Below, piece after piece: positions 22,053 through 30,936 of a stretch of 64,000 nucleotides of DNA. Source of the stretch: Anaerohalosphaeraceae bacterium (GTDB taxonomy: Bacteria; Planctomycetota; Phycisphaerae; Sedimentisphaerales; Anaerohalosphaeraceae); NCBI GenBank assembly GCA_050309605.1, contig JBNRMN010000092.1:17928-81927 (forward strand), in the 5' to 3' direction. Every line of letters starts with the position of its first letter. The first letter of the stretch is position 1. The position numbers and the translations under genes were made by a program. The notes beneath the pieces are model-generated. The model was given only the letters and a program-made list of their open reading frames with translations, was not told the origin of the DNA and made no database searches.

Positions 22053-22789
22053 ATGCGCAACCGCTTGATTTGACGTTAGCCGCTGAATCGCTGGCGGCAC
22101 AGCCGCAGGCCTTTGAACGATTCGCTCAGATGCTCATAGAACACAATCGTTCGCTGAACCTGACGCGAATGGATCACCCGCAGGACATCCGCACACGGCA
22201 TTTTCTCGATTCGCTGGCGGCCTTGGCGATCGTAGATGAACCGGCCTCGAGACACCCGACCAATACGCCGTTTTCGGTGTTGGATGTTGGCTCGGGGGCG
22301 GGGTTTCCGGCGCTGGCTCTGGCAATTGCCCGCCCGAACTGGCGCGTCGTTTCGCTGGAGGCCACCGAAAAGAAGGTGCGTTTTCAGCGGCGGGTCTGTG
22401 AAGCGCTGGGTCTGGGCAATGTCGAGCTGCTGCACGGACGGGCCGAGATCTTGGCGCATGATCCGACGCGGCGAGAGCGGTTCGATGCGGTAACGGCCAG
22501 GGCGGTCGCTCCGCTGAACGTGCTGGCGGAGCTGACGCTGGCATTCATTCGACCGGGCGGATTGGTCCTGTTCTGGAAGGGACCGAACGTGCGGCAGGAA
22601 TACGACGCGGCCCGCCAAGCGATAAAAATGATGGGCGGTTCAGCTTTAACGCTGCATTCTTATGCGTTGCCGAACTTGCCGGAGACGGCGTTTTACCTGG
22701 TCGCGGCTGCCAAACACGCCGCCTCGCCGGTCAATCTGCCGCGCCGGCATTTTGGCATCATCAAAAAGCGTCCTCTGTCGCTGCTTTGA
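22049..22789 (+). CDS. rsmG: 16S rRNA (guanine(527)-N7)-methyltransferase
   Basis: NLTR, HFLDSL, LDVGSGAGFP, GRAE, VTARAVA, WKG. Confidence 0.95.
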   Translation: MNAQPLDLTLAAESLAAQPQAFERFAQMLIEHNRSLNLTRMDHPQDIRTRHFLDSLAALAIVDEPASRHPTNTPFSVLDVGSGAGFPALALAIARPNWRVVSLEATEKKVRFQRRVCEALGLGNVELLHGRAEILAHDPTRRERFDAVTARAVAPLNVLAELTLAFIRPGGLVLFWKGPNVRQEYDAARQAIKMMGGSALTLHSYALPNLPETAFYLVAAAKHAASPVNLPRRHFGIIKKRPLSLL

Positions 22790-22790
22790 C

Positions 22791-24773
22791 TTAAAAGTTG
22801 ATCGTTAACCCGCCATAGAAGGTTCTGCCGGGGCCGTCAGGAAAAGAATTCGGTACGCCGGCGTAAGCAAGCGTGGGCACGTAAGTTTTCTCGTTCAGCA
22901 GATTTTCCACCCTGAACACCAAACTGGCCCGGCCTTTGGGAATATCCAGCCATCGGGACGGGTCTACCTGGAAATTCATCGACAGCAGATTGAGCCTGTT
23001 GGGCTGCGGGTTGACGGTTACCGGCGATTCCACGCGGGGAGGCGTCCCATAGTGGCTGTAAAACAGCGCCGCCGAACCCCAATCCCATGTATATCCCGTT
23101 CCGAATTTGAACATATTGTTCGGCACGACGGTGTGGTCAAGTCCTTCGTCGATATTGCTGTGCTGGTGCATAAAGGAGCCGAGGATGTGCCAGTTCGGCG
23201 TAAAAAAGTGCTTGGCCTCAAACTCAACGCCTTCAAATCGCTGCCGGCCGCCGTTCATATACGTGGTCACCGGTCCGCTTGTATCAAACAGAATCTGATC
23301 GTCAATCGTACTGAAAAAATACGTCACGGCCGCATACGTCGTGCTATCGTGAAAAAACAGTTGTGCGTCGTAAGTGGTAATGGTTTCGGGTTTAAGACTG
23401 TTGTTGCCGACCTTCAGCGGCGGATCGTCCAGATCCGATTCCATGGCTATCGGCCCGCGAAAGGCCTCGCCGCGCAGCAATTTCACGCCCCATTTCTCAA
23501 ACGGCGTATAGATCACCCCGTACCGGGAGACCAGATCCGAATCGCCCAGCGGCGATTTATGCCATTGGGTGCCGGCAATAAGTTTCAGCGAATCGTCAAT
23601 TTCATAATCGCCCTGGGCATAGGCGCTGCGAGGGTCGTAGCTGTAGCTGCGGATGGATTGAAAATGACGATTTTTGGGTGAATAGCTTTTTCGATGCTCC
23701 TGTAAAAACCCGAATACGAGGTTCATCTCGTCCAGCGGATTGGCGAACAGCGTGATCTCTCCGAGAACATCCGATGTGTTGTTGGCAATCGGAATGGCTT
23801 CCGGGCTGGACAGCGTGTTTTCCTGAAGATTATACGTCAGATTCCACTCCAGCCTCAGCCGGTCATCCAATGGGGTTGAATACCCCAGATTGACAAACAG
23901 CCGTTTGTTGGTGATTTTCTGTCGGGGAACCGACCACGCCGGCCAAACACCGATATGAAACAGATCGATCTCACTGGCGAAGATGTCCAGCGTAAAATCT
24001 TTATACATCAAATGAACGGTTCCGGAATGACTTTTTTCATACCTGTTCCGCTTGCCGGGCATGCCGTCCGCATCGGTCATTTGATACGGCCAGCCGTCAT
24101 AGTCAAGGGTACGAAACGCCGCAACGTAACCCAGTTCGCCGGAGCGGCCGGCGGCGGATACGGTCGTATCGCAATAGCTGTAACTGCCGACCATTGATGA
24201 AATCGAAAACTCTTTTTCTTCCGGAACGTCGCGGGTATTCAGATTGATTACGCCTGTAAATGCGTTGGTCCCGTAAAGTACCGATCCGGGGCCGCGGATG
24301 ATTTCCACGCTGTCAAGGACGGACAGAGGGTACGTCAAATAAAGGGGGAAATTGTGCCCTTGGGCACTTTCACGAACAGGGCGACCGTTCAGCAAGATCA
24401 GGGTGTGCGTTTCCGAATGAGCCGTTAAATCGCCTCGAAAGCTGGCATGGTTATTCGCATAGGCAAACGAATTGTAGATATAAACACTTGGCTGGCGCTG
24501 CAGAAGCTGGAGTAAATTGCGGTCGCCGTACAGGTCAAATTCGCTGCGTGGAACGATGGCGACCACCCCGGGCGCCTTGAAATGCGGCTCTTCTTTTTTG
24601 GAAGCGACAAAAATATCCACTTCGAGCAGTTCTTCAAGCGACATATCAAAAAAACCCGTGTCCGTGTCGAATTGAGAGGAGTAGGCCGAAACATCCGCAA
24701 TCAGACAGCACAACACCGATACCCCAACCACACCCATCCAGTGCCATATCGATGACCATTTGAGGGACGACAT
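22791..24773 (-). CDS. TonB-dependent receptor
   Basis: Signal peptide; MSLEELL; plug motif VEIIRGPGSVLYGTNAFTGVIN; LKPETI; VENLLN; GRTFY..INF (terminal Phe). Confidence 0.92.
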   Translation of the reverse strand: MSSLKWSSIWHWMGVVGVSVLCCLIADVSAYSSQFDTDTGFFDMSLEELLEVDIFVASKKEEPHFKAPGVVAIVPRSEFDLYGDRNLLQLLQRQPSVYIYNSFAYANNHASFRGDLTAHSETHTLILLNGRPVRESAQGHNFPLYLTYPLSVLDSVEIIRGPGSVLYGTNAFTGVINLNTRDVPEEKEFSISSMVGSYSYCDTTVSAAGRSGELGYVAAFRTLDYDGWPYQMTDADGMPGKRNRYEKSHSGTVHLMYKDFTLDIFASEIDLFHIGVWPAWSVPRQKITNKRLFVNLGYSTPLDDRLRLEWNLTYNLQENTLSSPEAIPIANNTSDVLGEITLFANPLDEMNLVFGFLQEHRKSYSPKNRHFQSIRSYSYDPRSAYAQGDYEIDDSLKLIAGTQWHKSPLGDSDLVSRYGVIYTPFEKWGVKLLRGEAFRGPIAMESDLDDPPLKVGNNSLKPETITTYDAQLFFHDSTTYAAVTYFFSTIDDQILFDTSGPVTTYMNGGRQRFEGVEFEAKHFFTPNWHILGSFMHQHSNIDEGLDHTVVPNNMFKFGTGYTWDWGSAALFYSHYGTPPRVESPVTVNPQPNRLNLLSMNFQVDPSRWLDIPKGRASLVFRVENLLNEKTYVPTLAYAGVPNSFPDGPGRTFYGGLTINF

Positions 24774-24831
24774 TGTCTTTTCCTCATTCTAATTGACATA
24801 CTTTGTCTTTTTTAGCTCGGTCTCGGTATCG

Positions 24832-24858
24832 CTATCGGACAACAGAAGCGGTCACTTA
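24832..24858 (-). promoter_or_regulatory. Putative sigma28 (FliA-type) promoter of the TonB-dependent receptor
   Basis: Minus strand TAAG-N15-TCCGATAG versus consensus TAAA-N15-GCCGATAA. Confidence 0.45.
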
Positions 24859-24863
24859 ACTAC

Positions 24864-24918
24864 ACATTGGAAAAATGAAGCCGACCGGGGAAAGAGGATT
24901 TTTTGAGAGGGTCGGCCT
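24864..24918 (-). terminator. Intrinsic terminator after secretin pair
   Basis: Minus strand GCCGACC...GGTCGGC followed by TTCATTTTTCC. Confidence 0.55.
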
Positions 24919-24928
24919 TAACCCACGG

Positions 24929-26878
24929 CTACGGCGTGTCCGAGGGGCTGGATTGTTCAGTATCCGATTGTTCGGCCGGCGGAGCGGCTTCCTGCGGCTC
25001 GGCGGCTTGCTCCTGCTCGAGGGCTTGGGCTTCACGTTGCGCGTTTTCGGCTTGTTCCTGTGCTTGCTGAGCGGCCTGGCGGCTTTGCTCAAGCTGCTCA
25101 GCGGCTTGTTGGGCCTGCTGCGCGGCCTGTTGGGCGGCCCTGGCAGCTTGTTCGGCCTGCTGCTGCGCGTTTTGAGCCTCGGCCTCGGCAGCGTCTTTTT
25201 GCTGCTGCAACTCCATAATGCGTTGGCGTTCGGCTTCGGTCAGTTCGGCGGCCTGGCGGGCCTTTTCTATCGCCTGTTGAGCGTCCTGCGCGGCCTTGTC
25301 CGCTTCGCGCCTCAGTTGCTCGGCCTTTTGACGCAGTTTCTCGGCCTCGACGGCGATGCGATCGGCGCGCTGGCGTTCAGCCTGTGCTCGTCTCATCGCT
25401 TCTTCGCGAGCCAGCTCGGCCTCTTTTCGCTGCAATTCCGCATCAACGGCCTTTTGTTCTACCAGCGAGCTGTAAATGCTTGGTTCGAACGGCTCGGTCA
25501 GCATTTGACGAAGGCCCGTCTTGTAATCCGATTCCGCATATTTATCGCGGATCTCCTGAACAACACGACCGTGATCTTCACCTCCGGCTGAGATACTCGG
25601 CGTCAGGATATAAATAATTTCAGTGGCCTTTTCTTCAAAATCTTTGCTGGAAAACAACACCCCCAGCAAGGGCAAATCCTTAAAGAACGGTATGCCGCGA
25701 ATCACAGACCGCTTTTCCATTTTGCGCATCCCGCCGATAATCAGGCTCTCGCCGGGCAGAATGCGGTTTTCGGCCACGTTGATCGAGCGTTCGGTAATGA
25801 TGGCCCGCTGCACGACGCCTTCGGGTTTCGACCGCGAACCGATTTTGATATCGGTTACCAATCCGATAGACCCGTCGGCATAGACATGCGGCGTAACCGA
25901 AAGCGTGTTTTCCACCCAGACATACTCCGTGATGTTATACACGCTTGAGGCGCCGCCGAGGCCGGTTTTGACGACCTCGATGGGCGCATGATCCTTGATG
26001 GTCACCGCCGCCGGCTGGGCATTGACCGTTTCGAGGGTCGGATTCAACAGCACCTTCAGGTAGCCTTTTGAAATCAACACGTCCACCACGGCCCGAAACT
26101 GGTGACCGGGAACCCCCCTGTTGCGCCAGTAGCCGAAGTCCAGCCCGAACTTGCCCCGCTCCGGCTCGCGAAGCGACGCGCCCGGAAACGCCGGGTCCAG
26201 ACCAACCAATACTCTTTCGTTAATCTCAATTTTATCAAAATCGATCCCAGCATAATTTGATACATTGACGTTTCCTGGCAATAGATTGTCTCTTCCGTCA
26301 ACAAATCGATAACTGTTGTCTCCAATTTTTTTGATGAATGTACCTCTGTCTTCACCAAGGGTGATGCCTTCCCCGAGGAGATTTTGAATCATCACGGAGG
26401 TTTCCCAGTCCATCGTAATATCGCCGAACCGCTCGAGAATCAGACAGTCGATATTGACCTGCACCGGCGGCACATCAATCAGCCGCAAATAATCTTCAAC
26501 CGCCGTAGCCTGAGCGTCGTCTGCGCAGTACAAGACCAATTGATTGATCGCGGCGTTGACCGAGGCATCGACGCCGAGCTGCTCTTTGACCAGCCCGGCC
26601 AGATTGCCCGCCGGATGGTGCTTGGTAAAGTAAAACAGTTTGGTGCCCTCGCGGATCTGCAGTCGTGCCGGCGGCTGCCGATAGACTTCGGGCAGGGGAT
26701 TGTGAATATGGGGGCTTTCCCGAACTTGCCCCAGCTCTTCAAGTATCTCACGCGCCTGAACCTCGGTCGGTTTCTGTGCAAAGAAATCGCCGCAGCCGCT
26801 CAGCAGCAACACCGCCCCCGCGCCGATAATGGCCGGTGCAATAACTGCAACACGTTTTCTCAGGTCATACCACGTCAT
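24929..26878 (-). CDS. Secretin-family (GspD/PilQ-like) lipoprotein with C-terminal coiled coil
   Basis: LLSGC lipobox; IDVPPVQVNIDCLILE; KVLLNPTL; GESLIIGG; GIPFFKDLPLLGVLF; EIIYILTP; A/E/Q/R-rich tail. Confidence 0.85.
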   Translation of the reverse strand: MTWYDLRKRVAVIAPAIIGAGAVLLLSGCGDFFAQKPTEVQAREILEELGQVRESPHIHNPLPEVYRQPPARLQIREGTKLFYFTKHHPAGNLAGLVKEQLGVDASVNAAINQLVLYCADDAQATAVEDYLRLIDVPPVQVNIDCLILERFGDITMDWETSVMIQNLLGEGITLGEDRGTFIKKIGDNSYRFVDGRDNLLPGNVNVSNYAGIDFDKIEINERVLVGLDPAFPGASLREPERGKFGLDFGYWRNRGVPGHQFRAVVDVLISKGYLKVLLNPTLETVNAQPAAVTIKDHAPIEVVKTGLGGASSVYNITEYVWVENTLSVTPHVYADGSIGLVTDIKIGSRSKPEGVVQRAIITERSINVAENRILPGESLIIGGMRKMEKRSVIRGIPFFKDLPLLGVLFSSKDFEEKATEIIYILTPSISAGGEDHGRVVQEIRDKYAESDYKTGLRQMLTEPFEPSIYSSLVEQKAVDAELQRKEAELAREEAMRRAQAERQRADRIAVEAEKLRQKAEQLRREADKAAQDAQQAIEKARQAAELTEAERQRIMELQQQKDAAEAEAQNAQQQAEQAARAAQQAAQQAQQAAEQLEQSRQAAQQAQEQAENAQREAQALEQEQAAEPQEAAPPAEQSDTEQSSPSDTP

Positions 26879-26882
26879 AGCG

Positions 26883-28604
26883 TTACTCTTGCTCCGTTGG
26901 CGGCGGCTGCGTTTGCTGTTGTAAGGATTCGATTTCAGCCTGTATGGCTTCCTGACGAGCCTTCAGTTTTTCTGTTTCCTGTCGGGCCGCTTCGGCTTTC
27001 TGCCGGGCCTGTTGCAATTCGGCCTCGGCCTGCTGGGCGGCCGCTTTGGCCGCTTCGGCCGCGGCGGCGGCGCTTTGGATCTCTTCTTCAGCTTGCGAAA
27101 TCAGCGCCTGCTGCACCTGCGTTTCTTTGGCGGCGGCCTGGGCCTGGGCCTGGGCCGCCTTGTTTTGGGCAACGGCCTGCTCGTATTCACGGCGAGCCTG
27201 TTCGATCTGAGCCTCCAGAAGCTGCATCTCGACCAGCATCTGTTCGGCGCGCAGGCGATCCTGCTCGGCCTCAAAGTCAGCCCGTTGAGCCTCCCGCTCA
27301 AACCGAATCGTCTCGGCGCGCGCCTCGTCGGCCTTGTCCTCCAGATACTGGGCATAGACATCGCCGGCCAGCGGATCGGCAACCAACTCGTCCAGAATGG
27401 CGTCATAATCCGGCGTCCGGTGTTTCTCGCGAATCATATCGGCCATTTCCGAATAATGGACGCTGCCCGAAGAAATGCTCGGCGTCAGGATAAACACAAT
27501 TTCGGTGGCGTTTTCTTCAAAGTCCTTGCTCGCAAAGAACGTCCCGATCAGCGGCAGATCCTTGAAGAACGGCACCCCGCGGATGACCGAGCGGTTTTCG
27601 CTTTTGCGCATCCCGCCGATAATCAGGCTGTGCCCCGGACGGATGCGGTTCTCGGCCACGTCAATCGAGCGCTGCGTGATGATCGACGTTTGAACCACGC
27701 CTTCGGGTTTGGAGGCCGAGCCGATGTTGATCGAGGTTTTCAGTCCGATCGAGCCGTCAGCATAGACATGCGGCGTTACGGTCAGGGTATCGGTGACCCA
27801 TTCATATTTCGTCAGGGTATAAGGTTCTTTGTCTTTTTCCGTTACGCGAATGGGAACCGGCTGACGGTCGCGAATCTGCACGGTCGCCGCCTTGCCGGTT
27901 ACGGTTTCCAGCGTCGGATTGAGCAGGATTTTCAAATACCCGCGGGATTCAAGAATGTCAATAATCGCGCGCACCTGATGTCCGGGAATCCCTTCATTCC
28001 GCCAGAATCCGAAGTCCATCCCAAACGTGCTGCGCTTGCTTTCCCGAAGCGATGCACCGGGCAAAGCGGGTTCGGGGAATTTACTCTCGCCAAGAGTGAT
28101 TCGTTCGCCAAAAAGGTTTTCGATTAAGATCGATGTTTCCCAGTCTTTGGTCACATCGGCAAATCGTTCCAGAATGATGCAGTCGATGTGCACCTGGATC
28201 GGCGGCACATCCGTGCGTACCAGATAGGCTTCGATCACGTCGCATTCGGCTTCATCCGAGGCGTGGATAATGACCTGATTGGTGCTCGGATTCTGGCTGA
28301 CCTTATAGCCCAGTCGTTTCAGGTCGTTGGCGATCTGCTGGGCCGGGTGGTGTCGGGTAAAATAGAACATCCGCACCCCGTCTTCCATCACCAACCGTCG
28401 CGGCGGCGTGCGGTACATTTCCGGAAGCGGATTATAAATATGGGGATTTTCGCGAACGCGCGCGATGTCGCGAATGATCATTTTGGATTCAATTTCGGTC
28501 GGTTTTTTTCCGAAAAATTCTTCGATACTGCCGGTCTGGGCGCAGCCGGAAAACACCGCAGACGCGGCAATCGGGACGATCCAGCGCATACAGCGACGTC
28601 GCAT
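26883..28604 (-). CDS. Secretin-family lipoprotein with C-terminal coiled coil (tandem paralog)
   Basis: VFSGC lipobox; TDVPPIQVHIDCIILE; GHSLIIGG; GVPFFKDLPLIGTFF; EIVFILTP; coiled-coil tail. Start uncertain (28604 or 28589). Confidence 0.85.
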   Translation of the reverse strand: MRRRCMRWIVPIAASAVFSGCAQTGSIEEFFGKKPTEIESKMIIRDIARVRENPHIYNPLPEMYRTPPRRLVMEDGVRMFYFTRHHPAQQIANDLKRLGYKVSQNPSTNQVIIHASDEAECDVIEAYLVRTDVPPIQVHIDCIILERFADVTKDWETSILIENLFGERITLGESKFPEPALPGASLRESKRSTFGMDFGFWRNEGIPGHQVRAIIDILESRGYLKILLNPTLETVTGKAATVQIRDRQPVPIRVTEKDKEPYTLTKYEWVTDTLTVTPHVYADGSIGLKTSINIGSASKPEGVVQTSIITQRSIDVAENRIRPGHSLIIGGMRKSENRSVIRGVPFFKDLPLIGTFFASKDFEENATEIVFILTPSISSGSVHYSEMADMIREKHRTPDYDAILDELVADPLAGDVYAQYLEDKADEARAETIRFEREAQRADFEAEQDRLRAEQMLVEMQLLEAQIEQARREYEQAVAQNKAAQAQAQAAAKETQVQQALISQAEEEIQSAAAAAEAAKAAAQQAEAELQQARQKAEAARQETEKLKARQEAIQAEIESLQQQTQPPPTEQE

Positions 28605-28690
28605 CACTCTTTTCAGATGATTTGTGTTCAAGAGAAAACGCATCCAACACCCATACAAAAGGCCGGCTTATTTGTCATAACTTACAGTCC

Positions 28691-28717
28691 TTATCGGCAC
28701 GGAAGGCGTTTTTTCTA
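28691..28717 (-). promoter_or_regulatory. Putative sigma28 (FliA-type) promoter of secretin pair
   Basis: Minus strand TAGA-N15-GCCGATAA (perfect -10, one mismatch in -35). Confidence 0.55.
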
Positions 28718-28937
28718 TAGTGAAAACACGTACTTCGGACAAATCCATTGGGATCGAACGCCTCTGAACGACAGCACTTGATTCGCGCAATAAGAACGCC
28801 TTAATCGTTGCGTTTATTTCCTTGTTTTCTAAAGATGATTGTTTTTTTGGCTTTGTGTGGAACCTACTGGCATTGACGGGATGTTTTTGTTAAGATTTTG
28901 CCGATTCGCAACTCAATTTAAGGACAACATACACGAC

Positions 28938-30317
28938 ATGGCAAGAAAGGACAAGCAAAACCCGGCGGTAACCGTCGGATTGGTGGCACTTGGCTGCCCC
29001 AAAAACATCGTTGACAGCGAGGTTATGCTGGCTCGACTGGGACAAGCCGGTTTTGTGCTCAGCGGCGAGGCCGATTGTGCGGATGTGGTGGTGATTAACA
29101 CCTGCGGCTTCATCGCCCCGGCCAAAGACGAGGCCATCGAGGTGATTCGACAGGCTGTTCGTCAAAAAAAGAGAGGGAAGATCAAAAAGATTATTGTGGC
29201 CGGCTGTCTGTCCGAACGGATGGGCGAGGCGCTGAGACAGGAAGTCAAAGGGATTGATGTTATTGTTGGCCTTGAACAGCGAGATCAAATTGAACGGATT
29301 GTGGCCGCCTCTTTGGGGCAGTGCCAGCCAACACCCCAAGCCGTTCGGCCGCGGTCGAGCACGTCGAAAAACGACGATATCAGTGTTATGGCGGCCCACG
29401 ACGACCGCGGACGTCTGCTGATCAGCCCGAACCATTGGGCGTATTTACGCATCAGCGAGGGATGCGATCGAAAATGTTCGTTTTGTACGATTCCCGCTAT
29501 CCGCGGCCGATTTCGGAGCAAGCCGTTGGAACTCGTCGCCAAGGAAGCACAGGAACTAGTCGAAAACGGGGCGGTCGAACTGAGTTTGATCGCACAGGAC
29601 AGCAATTATTACGGGCGCGACCTGAAAATGAAAAACGGCCTGGTTCAGCTTATTGCTGAGCTGGAAAAACTCGAATCGCTCCGCTGGATTCGACTGATGT
29701 ATCTGTATCCGTCCGGGATCGATGAAGCCCTGCTGGAAGCGATGGCGCAGAGCCAAAAAGTCGTTCATTACGCGGATATTCCGATGCAGCACATCAACAA
29801 TCGAATTCTCAAGTCGATGCGCCGAGCGGATACAAAGGAAAACAATCTCCGTCTGATTGAACGGCTGCGAATGCTGATGCCCGATGTGGTTCTGCGAACG
29901 ACGATCATCGTCGGCTATCCGGGCGAAACAGAAGCGGAATTCGAAGAACTGCTGGAGTTTGTCCGCCGGGCAAAGTTTGATGCGCTGGGTTGTTTTCCGT
30001 TTTACGCCGAGTCGGGCACACCCGCGGTCGAGCTGCCCGATCAGGTGCCTCAGGACATCAAGCTGCAACGCGTGGACCGATTGATGCGAACCCAACAGGA
30101 GATGCTGTTTGCCAAAATGAACGCGCGAATCGGAGACGAATTGACGGTGCTGGTCGATGAAACGGGGCCTGATGGGGCAATCGGGCGTTACTACGGCCAG
30201 GCTGCGCACATCGACAGCGTCTGCCTGATCAGGGCCTGCGACGATCCGCCGGGCACATTCATCAAAACCCGCATCACCGGACGCGATGGATACGATTTTA
30301 CAGTGGAAAAAATATGA
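28938..30317 (+). CDS. rimO: Ribosomal protein S12 methylthiotransferase
   Basis: LGCPKNIVDSE, INTCGFI, AGCL, AYLRISEGCDRKCSFCTIP, C-terminal TRAM domain. Confidence 0.96.
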   Translation: MARKDKQNPAVTVGLVALGCPKNIVDSEVMLARLGQAGFVLSGEADCADVVVINTCGFIAPAKDEAIEVIRQAVRQKKRGKIKKIIVAGCLSERMGEALRQEVKGIDVIVGLEQRDQIERIVAASLGQCQPTPQAVRPRSSTSKNDDISVMAAHDDRGRLLISPNHWAYLRISEGCDRKCSFCTIPAIRGRFRSKPLELVAKEAQELVENGAVELSLIAQDSNYYGRDLKMKNGLVQLIAELEKLESLRWIRLMYLYPSGIDEALLEAMAQSQKVVHYADIPMQHINNRILKSMRRADTKENNLRLIERLRMLMPDVVLRTTIIVGYPGETEAEFEELLEFVRRAKFDALGCFPFYAESGTPAVELPDQVPQDIKLQRVDRLMRTQQEMLFAKMNARIGDELTVLVDETGPDGAIGRYYGQAAHIDSVCLIRACDDPPGTFIKTRITGRDGYDFTVEKI

Positions 30318-30326
30318 CCCATACCA

Positions 30327-30930
30327 GCGCGGCACAATAGCGCGGCCGCGCAAGCGGCCCGATAAGCGATGCGAATACGCCAAACGCTTTTCGAGGCGGA
30401 GTGTATTATCCGGCGGCTCGCGCCGCTCGGCTGGTGTACGACGACGCAATGGCGCGGCGCAACAGCGCGGCCGCGCAAGCGGCCCGATAAGCGATGCGGA
30501 TACGCCAAACGCTTTTCGAGGCGGAGTATTATCCGGCGGCTCGCGCCGCTTGGCTATTGTACGATGACGCAATGGCGCGGCGCAACAGCGCGGCCGCGCG
30601 AGCGGCCCGATAAGCGATGCGAATACGCCAAACGCTTTTCGAGGCGGAGTATTATCCGGCGGCTCGCGCCGCTCGGCTGGTGTACGACGACGCAATGGCG
30701 CGGCACAATAGCGCGGCCGCGCAAGCGGCCCGATGAGCGATGCGGATACGCCAAACGCTTTTCGAGGCGGAGTATTATCCGGCGGCTCGCGCCGCTCGGC
30801 TGTTGTACGATGACGCACTGGCGCAGCACAATAGCGCGGCCGCGCGAGCGGCCCGATAAGCGATGCGGATACGCCAAACGCTTTTCGAGGCGAAGTATTA
30901 TCCGGCTCACTCGCGCGGTTCGGCTATTGT
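30327..30930. repeat. Tandem array of five ~123-bp REP-pair (REPIN/BIME-like) units
   Basis: GAT(A/G)AG anchor at 30361, 30486, 30609, 30732, 30855 (period 123; first 125). Each unit holds AATAGCGCGGCCGCGCAAGCGGCCCGATA and an inverted relative TATCCGGCGGCTCGCGCCGCTCGGCT. Confidence 0.95.
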
Positions 30931-30936
30931 GAATCA

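Noticed and set aside
24875..28127. Leu/Gly-rich plus-strand ORFs (24875..25591, 27012..28127)
   Set aside because: Antisense shadows of the coiled-coil coding regions.
24929..28604. Complete type II or type III secretion locus
   Set aside because: No ATPase, inner-membrane platform, export apparatus or prepilin peptidase nearby.
30327..30930. CRISPR array
   Set aside because: The sequences between palindromes are near-identical rather than unique spacers, the period is 123 bp, and no cas genes are in the window.
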